The position numbers and the translations under genes were made by a program. From assembly GCF_001194135.2 (NCBI RefSeq), contig NC_068982.1:175523593-175587592 (forward strand): a stretch of DNA of 64,000 bases, written 5' to 3'. The notes beneath the pieces were generated by a model. That model searched no databases and had not been told where the DNA came from. It was given only the letters and a program-made list of their open reading frames with translations. Of this stretch, positions 25,475-38,050 are shown piece after piece. The DNA comes from Octopus bimaculoides (lineage: Eukaryota). Position 1 is the first letter of the stretch, and each line of letters starts with the position of its first letter.

Positions 25475-28400
25475 TCATCTCTTAAATATAGAACTGAATG
25501 AATAGTTTGTTTTCTGTTTCAAAGTCAGTGGGAACTTAAAACAGATTATGTATTGTATAAAACATTCAGTACATGAGTCTTATTTGCATGAACACAACTC
25601 ACATGCACAGTTGTCATCGGTGGCAGCAGTGTTGTCAAATTTCCCACCGACTTTGAAACAGAAAACAAAAACCAACTCTCAAAAACATCATCATCATCAT
25701 CATTTAACGTTCGTTGTCCATGCTGGCAAGGTTGGATGGTTCAACTGGGCTTGCATGCTGGAAGGCTGCGCCAGGCGCCAGTCTTATTCAGCATGGTTTT
25801 CTATGGCTGGATGCCCTTCCTAATGCCAACCACTCTGAGAATGTATTGGGTTCTTTTACGTGCCACCAGCACGGGTGCCATTTGCATGACACCAGTATCT
25901 GCCATGACTGAAAGTATTTGTCTGTGTATGTGTGTGAGAGTCAGCGCATGTACTAATTAACACCGTTTGAAATAAAACTGCAACATTGTTCAAATTCTCC
26001 AATAAACAAATCTTGCAGTACAATGAACAAGTGCAGACCAGTGGAATGAAAAACAACCCACTTGAAAAACTAATAGGGGTTAGTGACCTGAGAAGTATCC
26101 AATTATAGAAAAACTACTACAATAAGTTTCATGTAGCCCATGCCAAACCAGAAAAATAGGTGTAAAATGATGATAAAGCCTGTGATAAACTCAATTTTTT
26201 TTTTTGAACTTATTTAACCTTCTTTGTTATCAACTAGTAATTTAAAGTATGAAAACCATTATCAGAATGTATGAATCACTAAGCTTAGATAATTGAAGAA
26301 TATAAAAGAGAATTGAAAAACCTCATGGTTGATAAGTCAGACAATTATTATGTCAATACATATCAATGAAAACGATAGCTTGGATTGGATGGCATGTAAG
26401 CAAATTATATGAACATAGTTGTTGTCACATGGAATAATGATTGAAATAACGTGACATTTGTTGTCAAGACATGAATCTGTTTTACTGTAATTGAAGAGTA
26501 TCACAGGGGATTGAGAAATCTTGTCACACCAATATATATCAACAGAATACACCATCTGAAAATATTTTTCCGCTCTCTCATATAAAAAGACACCTTTCAA
26601 ATAGGCTCCTCTTTGACAGATGATCTAAAAACTTATTTAAACTCACAAACTTCACAATAAAACTACCATGGACTGAGTGGCTGAGTGGAAAATAAATTCA
26701 CAGGGCACAAAGCATGCAGTGAGCATAATAAACGTTTCATTTTATTCTTGATTTATTATATAATCCAACGATACGTGACATAACCACATTACCTTACTAT
26801 CCTTAATATATCAAAATATTTTTATTTCTCACCTATTAAGCAAGTTCAGGTAATTGTCTACTTTGCATTAGAAACTCAATCACCAAAGATATATAATTAA
26901 GCAGAATGGACTTTATATACATGTATTTGTGCATGTGTGCATATTTAGATATACAAATGCAAGAAAAATTGCAATAATGATTTGAGTGAGGATCTCCATG
27001 AAGTATCTTTACTAGCTGATTCTTTCTTATTTTCAGTCAAAGACAGAACCTTTAAATGGTCATTTGACTTGCTAGATATGGCAACCAAATGTCCCTCAAA
27101 TCAAATCTTACTGTCTTAAATAAGGAAAGGACGTGATATCATGTTGTTTTAGATACTTTTAAAGACAGAATGTTCATGGCTTGAACATTTCTAATCACAA
27201 TCATGGATCTGTTTGATCAGAGCTGATCAGGTTGAAATAATAAAAGTATTTAATTTAGCAAAAAAAAAAAAAAAAAAGCTNNNNNNNNNNTACGTCCAAA
27301 CAGAGATTGCTATCTAAATTATAAAATCTAAGAGAATTAGTAGATGGTAACATGCAAGACTTTTCCATTTTTTACTGCAACAAAACTCACTGATACCTAC
27401 TAAATCTCTTAGATTTTATTACTACTCTTTCAACGCAAACCCCAACAAGTACTCAAATTTCAGATGAAATCCTATCTACATGATATATAAGACTGCCAAA
27501 ATAAGATAATATACCAACAAGTAGACAGTCTTTTAATGAAAATATTTCTTAGCTTATATAAACTGTACACATACAAACACGTTTTCAATGAATGGTATTT
27601 ATTAAGTTAGTATATGACAAGACATACATTGTAAATTAACAAATGAATATGCATAAAAATAACAGATACATTTCAGGCGGCTTTGTAAATTCTCTCAAGT
27701 AATACAAAAATAAATATCTTTCTCACAGACGCATGCGTTCAATTCCCTTTGCATGCATGTGTGCGTATGTATGTAGAAACATGAGCATGCACACACACAC
27801 ACACAGAGTTAGAAGTGAACATTTCCTCACTCATGTACACAGATATACTTGCATGATTATGAATTCAACCAAACACCTACGCAAACACTTTTCAATATGC
27901 ACTGTATTCTGTACGTTTTATTATGTTGTACATTATCCACACACACACACCACACACAGAATGCATATCTACTGTGAATATCACTTTTTCCCTGATGAAG
28001 GAGACATTCTCTGCAAATGAATTTTAAGATTCATTTTGTACCCGGATGAATGAACCCCAGAAAAGCTGTTGGAATATTTTCTTTATATATATATATTATA
28101 CTTGCAATGAAATGGTTATGGGTGGAATGCAAAGTGCAGTACCTTCAGTAGCTGCCTTCTACTATAGTCTTGAACTGACCAATCCCTTGTGAACTGGCAG
28201 GCAGAAACTGTGTGGAAGGTCACTCATTACTGACATCTAGCACACCTTCTTACCAATGACCATTTCTGAAAATCCCTCATGATCTTTCTTCCTAGCAAAC
28301 ACATACCCACCCTTTCTTTCTCCTAATTCCCTTCAGCCCTCTCCTGTTACACACTGCTATTACTCTCTCTCTCTCTCTCTCTTCTCTCTAATACTGTCTA

Positions 28401-28546
28401 GCTTATTTCTCCTCCATCTTCCATACTATCACCCCCACTTCAGTGCCTCTGTTTCTGCATCAAAACTTTATTTATTTTCTTTCAAGAGGACTCTTCAGTC
28501 AAAACTAGAGTTCTCTCAAAATGATGTTGTCACTGCTCATATGCCA

Positions 28547-28607
<61 letters not shown>

Positions 28608-28839
28608 NNNNNNNNNNNNNNNNNNNNNNNNNNNNNNNNNNNNNNNNNNNNNNNNNNNNNNNNNNNNNNNNNNNNNNNNNNNNNNNNNNNNNNNNNNNNN
28701 NNNNNNNNNNNNNNNNNNNNNNNNNNNNNNNNNNNNNNNNNNNNNNNNNNNNNNNNNNNNNNNNNNNNNNNNNNNNNNNNNNNNNNNNNNNNNNNNNNNN
28801 NNNNNNNNNNNNNNNNNNNNNNNNNNNNNNNNNNNNNNN

Positions 28840-29075
28840 NNCTATGTCCACGAGTTCACTGCCCTAACCACTGGGCCATTGCGCCTCCGCATATATGTAT
28901 ATATATTAGAATACACACACACACACACACACACACATACATATGGTGGGCTTCCAGTTTCCATCTACCAAATCTAGTCATAAAGCTATAGTAGAAGACA
29001 TTTGCCCAAGGTGCCACGTAGTGGGACTGAATCTGGAACCATGTGGTTGGGAAGCAAGCTTCTTACCACGCAACC
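28840..29075 (-). mobile_element. tRNA-derived SINE fragments
   Basis: Minus-strand heads GGAGGCGCAATGGCCCAGTGGTTAGGGC and GGTAAGAAGCTTGCTTCCCAACCACATGGTTCCAGATTCAGTCCCAC. Confidence 0.65.
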
Positions 29076-29819
29076 ACATCTATAAATATTTATATATATA
29101 AACAAACATATAAGTAGTAATAATACTTTTTTTAAAAAATGGCAGTGGCCCTATATCGATGTTGCATTAAAAATTCCAACATTGTTGCATGCACATGATG
29201 AACATGAATTTCTTCTATTTTGCAGAATTTAATGACAAATAAATTACAAAATATGGCATTTAAAGCTTTACTTTCCTAGAATGTATGTTATTCCAAGCAT
29301 AAAAGATATGGATGAAAAATGGAAAATGCTAATGAATCAAGAAAGAGAAAAAAAAGAAAAGTGTCATAAAGAATAGATGGAAAAGAGACAGAAAGAGAAG
29401 CTGTAGAAACTGTAGACTGGAAAAACAACAATACAATTGGCAATTTGGCAGGGTACAGATTGAAAAGAATTTCTAGATTTGTGATGAAGTGTGGTACAAG
29501 AATAGGTCGTTGCCACTGCTGCTGGACTGGCTCCCGTGCAGGTGGCATGTAAAAAACACCTTTTTGTGTGTGGCCGTTGCCAGTACTGTGTGATTGGCCT
29601 TTGTGCCGGTGGCACGTAAAAGCACCCACTACACTCTCGGAGTGGTTAGCGTTAGGAAGGGCATCCAGCTGTAGAAACTCTGCCAGATCACTATACTATA
29701 CTAGGGTTATCCCATAAGTAATGGAAAAGTGAGTGAACCCTTTTTTATTAACTGACATACATTATTCCAATTGCACATATAGAATGGGTAACGCTTGTTA
29801 CGTTTTTTTTTTCATTACA

Positions 29820-30790
29820 GGAAAATAGTAGGCTCCAAGCAAAAGCAACATGCCATCATTGATTTCTTGGCAAAGATGAGGTGCAGCTTTTTAATGAAGA
29901 TGACATTAGTGACAAGAGCAATGTACACAGAAGTATGAAGAAGTTTAAAGAAGAGGAAACCAGTAATGAAGACAAACCACAGAGTAGGAGGCAATCAACT
30001 GTTATCGCTGATATGAATTGTTAGCAAGTGGATGCATTGATTCATGTGGACAAATGTGTCACTGTCCATGTGCTTGCTGCACAAATGAACACAATGCATT
30101 ACAGAAGATGGTGGAAGACTCTGGGTATCAGAAAGTATGTGCAAAGTAGGTACCTTGGAAGTTGATACTCAATTTGAAAGAGAGAAAGGTGGAAGTCTTT
30201 TTTGAATAGCTAAAAGTGTTTGAAACCAAAGAAGAACTATTTTCTTTCTGATGTTGTGATAGGAGATGAAACATGAGTATATCTTTATGAGCTAGAAAAT
30301 ATGGCTCAGTTCATAGGTGCCATACCTCTTCTCAAAGGCTTAAGAATTTCAAGAACAACTGAACAACACAGAAAGTCATAGTCACTTTTTTTTTTTTTTT
30401 TGAGTGGAGTATTCAAGAGAATATTCTCCTTGATTTTCTGGAACAGAGCTGCAGTGAGTACTATGCTGAGATATTTAAAAAGCTTAGAGAAGATATTATG
30501 AGGAAGAAAACAAACAAGAAATAATTCACATTCACCATGACAACGCATGAGAACACTGTTTTTGGCAAAAAATGAGACAATTGGCAAACTGGGCTGATCA
30601 TTGGTCCTCCCTCCAACATACAGCCCTGATCTGGTGCCTTCCAACTTAGACCCACTCAGTCCAATGACAGACGGTTTTGAAGACAAGAAATTGATGATAC
30701 AAAGTGAAAGTGGCCGTGAAGAAGTGGCTACAACAGTGCACAAATGAATTTTATCAAAGAGGACTCGAGAGTTAGGTTCAATGATGGCAC
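29820..30790 (+). mobile_element. Decayed mariner transposase
   Basis: FLSDVVIGDET*VYLYE near 30240 and PTYSPDLVPSN near 30613-30648 correspond to mariner TGDETW and YSPDLAPSD. Confidence 0.75.
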
Positions 30791-31559
30791 AAATGCATTT
30801 CCTTCAAAAAACATCCTGCCATTTAACAAACAAACAAGAAAACCTCAAAAAACTAGGAGCACATTAGATAATGCATTCCAAAATACAATATACCAGAAAA
30901 CAAGATAAAATTTTCTGGCTGGAACAAAGAAAAATATAAACCAATACAGAAAGAGAAAAAAGATCAACATTGAGTGTCAGAAATATCCACAGACAACAAC
31001 TCTGCACAAAATGAAGTGAGTGAAAGTAAAAGCAGGAGGAGAACATTAGCACAAAATCCATACACATACAAACAGACAATACAAACATAACATTTAAACA
31101 TAACTCACATCACACAAAAAGCAACACAGAAAATTCATTATCTTCCTATAAATCTTCAGCTTCAACAAGGATCTTGTCTCCCATGGCACTACAAGAGCAA
31201 TGAAAATGGCCAACAGAGTCAAACCCACACACATCTCATGCAAAATAGAAAGTAACAACTATAATAATTGATACACACTACACAATCATAACCCAACAAA
31301 TCTAATATACTGAGATATAAACTAATGGCCTATAAATATTTTTATGGAAAAAAAAAAGAACAACATCATCACACATTGCAAAAATACATGAAAATATGCA
31401 GCACACCTAAAACAAGTCACTTGAATAAGGTAGAACAAACGAATCCATGCTGGAGGCCTTATAACATTCATAAAATCATCCAACCAGTACAAACATGCCC
31501 AATATGAGATTTAAAATACTAACTAATAAGGTGTGAAAGACTAGAAATGAGAGCATTCA

Positions 31560-31920
31560 AAATAAAATCCAACAATGCGAGACAAATTAACAACTTCACA
31601 ATCTATTCAACTAGACTATATACTCCAGTTACATCACCTTAATACACCAACACTATCATTGGAAGAGACTTGAGTTCACACAGCACACATTGGTAAAAGA
31701 AAAGTAGATAAGACAAAATGGGAGACAATTGTGCTCATTTGTACACGCTAAATAACTTACACCAAAGTACCTCATCAAGAAAATGATAATAATTCCTCTC
31801 TAGAGATAAAATGTTACACATAACTAGCTATTATAACTACATGGAAAAACAATCTTCAAAGTCTCAGTTGACCATATTCACCTATCAATGGGTTAAACAT
31901 TACCTTCTCAAACTTCAAAA
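31560..31920 (+). mobile_element. Possible LINE APE-endonuclease relic in an A/C-skewed tract
   Basis: TIIGRDLSSHSTHW at 31652-31693 resembles IIGGDFNAHS..W, followed by GRQL. Highly degenerate. Confidence 0.4.
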
Positions 31921-32443
31921 AGCAAAGTGGAATCACATTTATGTAAGTTCACAGAATTCTGTACTATGACAGTAATGAATGTATATGCTGCAGAATGTAC
32001 ATTCAACAAAATTACTGTATTTCCAGTAAACATATTCTACAGTGGAACAAAATATATTTAACCCACATTTCACAAAAGTGTAATAAAAATGAAGAGTCTA
32101 ACTCAAATTTCAGCATTATATATAACAGAAACATCAAATGACTAAACAAAAAGGTAGGAAAGAAAATAAAAGCAAATAACAAGCAGAATCCTGAAAAACT
32201 TTTATATTCAACATAAACCATCAAAGAAGCAGTTAAACATTGTAATTAGCAGTATTAGTAGCTATAACAAATAGCTACAATCTATCACAGTAAAAATATC
32301 AAATAATGCATCCACACTTTAACAGCAACCTGTTAAACTTCTGAAACAATTTTCCTAAACCTGTTACTGAAAATCAAAGACAGAAACTGTACACTTAAAA
32401 CAGCTAGGACCAGAAAACATTACTACACAAACCAACACCTTAA

Positions 32444-32663
32444 CCCCTTAACATTTAAACCAGTCATATCCAGCCAAAATAATCTACCTGTTTTATCTTC
32501 AATCTGGCCAGATTTGGCCTCTCGCACTTACCCTACAATATTATTCTAAAAATAAACAACCACGTCATTGAAATCTCAAAGCTACAAAATAATACATGAC
32601 TAATTCAGATCAATATGAATAAATAAGCATTACATATGACAGAGAAATCTGAATGCTAAAGGG
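32444..32663. mobile_element. piggyBac-like MITE (same family as 23001-23221)
   Basis: TTAA-flanked, ends AATGCTAAAGGG|TTAA, internal homology to 23001-23221. Confidence 0.75.
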
Positions 32664-33769
32664 TTAAACTACCTGTGATTGATCCATGGCAATGTGTGAA
32701 TAATATTCTCAAAGTTAGCGTTTACTTTTTTGAGTCCACTTCTATGCTCTCTGGCCAATTCAATACTTGACCACATTAAAGGAGGTTAAAGTCACTGAAA
32801 ACAACCAATACTCCACTACATTTTGAGATATAGTAGGAAATTGGTTGGGTAAAGAGAAAAATTACAACAAAATGTGTTAAAAAACGGGAGAGTAATGAAT
32901 ATATACAACTCCTGAGTAATATAGTTTCCTTATTCTTTATTATATCTGTTGAAATTGTGCTTACATAAAATACCTTAATCAAAGAAGTATAATTCTCTAA
33001 ACCTTGAGAAACCGGTAGAGAAGAAAATCTTACAAGACAAAAAGTTGTTAATTATGAAGAGTACGGCTGAAATTCAATTTAAAGCCAAAATTTATGTTAT
33101 TTCTAGAAAAAGTTTGAAAAATTTTGACAAAAAGAATCTATTTTTGTAAACCAAATTACAATTGGTACAATAGTAAAAAAACTTAGGGGGTAAAAAAAGT
33201 GGTCATGTTTGAAGAGCCATATATCTGTGATAAAGAAACCATGAAACACACCCAGTCATTTGATGTACATAACTGAAATGTGGCTAAAGAATAACATCCT
33301 TCAATGGAAACAGTTTAGCCTCCAATAGCACCAAGTCACAATTGCTTCAAGGAAACAATTTCTCATGTTCTTATGATTTACTGAGTAAAAATGGCAAACT
33401 CACAAATGTAATATTGTTGAAACTTTAAACTGAAGTCTAACCCTGAAGAGTTGCAAACTACCTGCAATGAATAAGTGAGACTCACATTGGAATATTGCTC
33501 ACATATTTTTATTTGACTACATTCACAGGAAGGTCAATCAGCTGATTGGCAGATTCACTCACGTGCTACAAGTCACAACTCACAGGAGTAGCAAAATACA
33601 CATTTTCTTTTTTCTACTACTGTAATGTTACCAATTCTTCTATCTACCCTTTTGACACATGGCCAACTGATACACTAATTTCACACTTTAACCCCACGCA
33701 ATCCTAAATACCTTTTCTATTCAATTTAGAAGAAATTGGTCTATCACTCACTCTACAGACCAAACTATC

Positions 33770-34520
33770 AGATCTTACATGTTGCTGGTCATAAAGCACC
33801 TTCATCCTTCCTTCCTTTGATTGTGTCCTTCTTTTCCATTTGGGCCTAAAGCTTTTGACTACATTATTTTCCCATTACCTTGGAGGCTTTTTGAGAAATC
33901 ACATCTGGTCTCTTGGATACCACTCAGCAACTGCACAGGTCAAGCTATTATCATCTCTGAGAGCATTGTGCCATATCTGGTCCAGCAGAACTTGTATTTC
34001 CAGTATTTTGAAGTTACATAATTCAATTTACTTCATTCATTTTGGATGTGCTCCAACAATATTCTACACATGGAGCTTTTCATGGTTCTCTATTTTGTAG
34101 CCAGTCAGTGGTCATTGCTCTTTGTACTAGCCATGTCTCACTTGCAAATATGTGGGGGTGTAGATAGGATGGTGTTATTGAAAAGGTTGTCATGCAGGGC
34201 TTTGTTCAGCTGTGCTTTGAGGATATCCTTAATCAGAACAAAAACCTTCCATTGGGCTCTTAATCCGCATGAAATTTCAACATTCATGTCTTTAGCATAT
34301 ACTTACTGTCTGTCCTAAGTAGATACATTCCTTCACCTCCTCGATTTCATCACTTTGTAACTTTGTGCCATGTTTTTGAACTGCATGTATTATGTATTCA
34401 GGCAATAGAACAACTGTTCGGAAGAAATACCTTTTGGAACTTCTTCTCCGCCCATACTTTTCTTGTGAATTTCAGCTTCAAGAAGTTCAAAGTGTGCATA
34501 AACTTCATTCATTTGAAAAG
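33770..34520 (-). mobile_element. Decayed RTE-clade LINE, RT C-terminal region (second RTE family)
   Basis: Minus strand: IEEVKECIYLGQTV..LFNNTIL..Y.SETW..; later DNSLTCAVAEWYPRD. Confidence 0.65.
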
Positions 34521-34621
34521 TAAGGCGGGGCCCTGAAAATGCTTTAGGTGCTGTTTCTCTTCCTCTGATTAATTAAATAGCAAAAATATATGTGCAAATA
34601 CATACAGATACACATATGTAC

Positions 34622-34679
<58 letters not shown>

Positions 34680-34992
34680 TAAGCAGCTACTGAATGTATA
34701 TTCACATACACACAGATCAATCTGTGTGTATGTGTGTGTGTGAGCAGATCCATCTGTATCTGTAACATTCTGTAGCTACTTACGTTATCAAGAGGAATTC
34801 CCTTCATCTTTGAATATTTGGTTACCACTGTAAGATCTGTTGTCTAAATTTAAACATATCACTTCCTTCAACACCCTTTTCTCTCTCTTCTAAATACATA
34901 CACACACACACATATATGTATGTGTGTGTGTGTGCGTGCATGTGTTTGCGTGTATGTATGTATATATATATGTATATCTATCTATCTATCTA

Positions 34993-35042
<50 letters not shown>

Positions 35043-36102
35043 CAAATAGTTCCCAATTATAAATTCCTGTTTCATATATCTCTTTCCCTCCCATCCTTAT
35101 AACAAAATTGGCTTCCACCGTTTTCTTCCCAATCTCATACAAACAGTACCTTCCTCAATTTGTATAGTGCTCTCCACCCATTACTCATTTACTATCTCTA
35201 ATTCCTTTCCTTCACCCAACCACTTTTACACAAATCTGCTTTTTGTCTCACTAGCAATAATTTCCTTCATTTATGCGTTACCATTTCTCACTCTCTCTCT
35301 TTACTTGTTTACCTTAATCTCTCTTGTTTCTCTTCCCCTCAAAGTTTACCAATTTTTCTTTTTCTACTGGCATCTTGTTTTTCACTTTCTCTCTTTTCCA
35401 GATTCCCTCTTTTTCACATTCTCTCCATGGATTCCATGCTCTTGTTCTTTATTCCACTTGTTTATTTGCCTTTGTACCCCTCTCTCACCTTTTCTCTTCC
35501 ACCTGTCTTTATTATATTAATAGAGAAGATAGAAGAACCACTATTTGGATACAAATACAAAAAAGGGTAGTGCTTAAAGCTTTTCTTTTCTTGTTTGTTT
35601 GTTCATTGATTAGCCCCAGTTCAACCTATGCTTAAAGGTCTTCATACTATGACTATTACATCTTTTGTCCTAGGCACCATAAATTCACGTCCGAAATATC
35701 TACTCAATCTTTTTTTTCTAAGATGGTAAGTTGCTATTTCAAGAAGATGTAGCTATATGTTTTTACTGATCAAATGGCTTTCTACAAGCTTCTTGATGGG
35801 AACCACATTGTAAAGAAAATTGGATAAAGTTAATATTGATTAATTCATTGTACCTTGCATACATTTTAACGGATAATTCAAAATTTAAAGTACATACAAA
35901 TGTGTGTATGTGTGTGTATGTATATGTGGTTGGTGTTAAAGACCATGCCAAAACAAACAGTGGAGTTTGGTGCAGTCCTCTGGATTGCCAGTTCCTGTCA
36001 TATTGTCCAACCTATGCTGCATGGAAAAAAGACCTTAAATGATTAGTATGTTTGAGTGCATGTACATGTATGTGTGTGTGTGTATATATGTATGTATGTG
36101 TA

Positions 36103-36152
<50 letters not shown>

Positions 36153-36466
36153 GAAGGGCATCAAGCTACAGAAACCATGCCAAATCAGACTGGAGTCTGG
36201 TGCAGCCCCTCAGCTTACCAGCCCTGATCAAATCGTCCAACCCATGCTAGCATGGGCAACAGATGTTAAATGATGATGATGATGATGATGACAATAATAT
36301 ATATATCAACATCATTTTGAAGCCCACTTTTCTATGCTTGCATAGGTTTGGTTGAGTCGGATTTTTTTTTTAGTCAGATAGGTGCAGGAGTGGCTGTGTG
36401 GTAAGTAGCTTGCTTACAAACCACATGGTTCCAGGTTCAGTAGATGGAAACTGAAAGAAGCGTGTA

Positions 36467-36510
<44 letters not shown>

Positions 36511-36789
36511 ACCATCGCTTGACAACTGATGTTGGTGTAATTACGTCCCCGTAATTCAGCAGTTGGCAAAAGAGACCGATAGAATAAGTATTAGGCTTTC
36601 AAAGAATAAGTCCTGGGATTGGTTTGTTCGACTAAAGGTGGTGCTCCAGTATGGTCGCAGTCAAATGACTGAAACAAAAAGAAAAGAAAAGAATACCCCT
36701 CCTGTCACCAACCTTCATCCATTCTCAACTAAGGCAATAATTCCTCATGACCAGATATGTTTTCGCTAAGCTTGCTTGAACTTCGCTCT

Positions 36790-38050
36790 TGAAAGTGATA
36801 TGTCTGCATACATAATTTCCACTCTCCCCATTAATTATTTAGACATCAGCAACAAAAAAATTTCCAGTTACTCAAGCTGAAAGTCTCCTGCTCTACTCCT
36901 CGAAATACATCTGGTTTTACTACTGCTCTCAAAATTCATCAAACTAAGTACTTACTGATAATACCTCTTCCTACATCAGACATCCATCTCACTCATCTCA
37001 GAAGTCATTCTGTCTGGTAACTTGGATGCCCACAACTCTATTTCGTTTTCACACTCATTCTATACTGTTATTGCTGGTGTAGCAACCAGATCTTTTGCAA
37101 TCCCTACTGTTCTACACCAACTAGTTTCATTCCCTACATTTCCTGCTGACCAACACACATTTTACCACTCAGTTACTTTTAAACACAACCTCTGTCAGAC
37201 CAAAACTGTCTTGGCACATATAGAATTGTCTAATCACTACTTTATCACAACTATCCACCACACATTAGAATACTACACAATTTCTTGGAGCCTATGGCAT
37301 TTCAAGTAAACAAACTGAGCAAAGTTTCACTAATTTTATGCTAGCTTTCATTGGCAGCATATGAGATATGTTCCTCTACATCCCATACATAACAAAAACT
37401 CACAGCCTTAATCCCCACACAGGTCATAGCTCTGCTGCAACAGTTCAGGCAAGAATCATACCCTACAATGCTTGAAGAAAATAACCTATACTTACAAATT
37501 AGTTAGCTCTTAAAAACAGGCACTTTATCGCTGAAAATTCAAACTGCAAAAGGATGCCTCTATATGTCACACAGCCCTCAAAGTTCTCTCACCATCCAAA
37601 CTGCAGCTGATACCTTTGGTCTTTTGCTGAAAGAATTTCCATCAACTTTGTGACAGGTTCCTTTCCTCCACTTCTTAATCATGATGGTTGCATGAGTGCT
37701 GCTCCTAGAGAGCAAGTTTTCACATTTGCTGCCTGCTTTGCATCTAACTTCACACTAGATTTCCTCTTAAACTATTCCCCTCCACCCTACCATGGAAACA
37801 TACATGCCAAATGTAAAAGTATCTCTGATCACTTCAAAGGCCATTAGTTTCAACTATTTCTTATACATTACCCTGACATAACTACCATACTTACCGAAAT
37901 CAGATTTTTTTTTCTTTCTACAATGATGTAAAATAGTCTTTACAAACATGCTATATGGTGTATCTTATTTGAAGAAGGGTAACTTATTGAGCCTACCAAC
38001 TACTGTCCTACCATATTCTCCAATATCTCAAAGATGTTGAAAGCATTCAT
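36790..38050 (+). mobile_element. Decayed CR1/Jockey-group LINE (APE to RT start)
   Basis: SGNLDAHN (GDFNAH), LHQLVSFPT, SFPPLLNHDG..FAACFASNFTLD, and PTNYCP..SNISKM. Confidence 0.65.

Larger units (their letters stand above)
25057..25476 (-). mobile_element. Penelope-like element 3' end, copy 2: GIY-YIG C-terminus, tRNA-like head, (AAT)n, HHR
   Basis: See the component features below. Confidence 0.8.
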
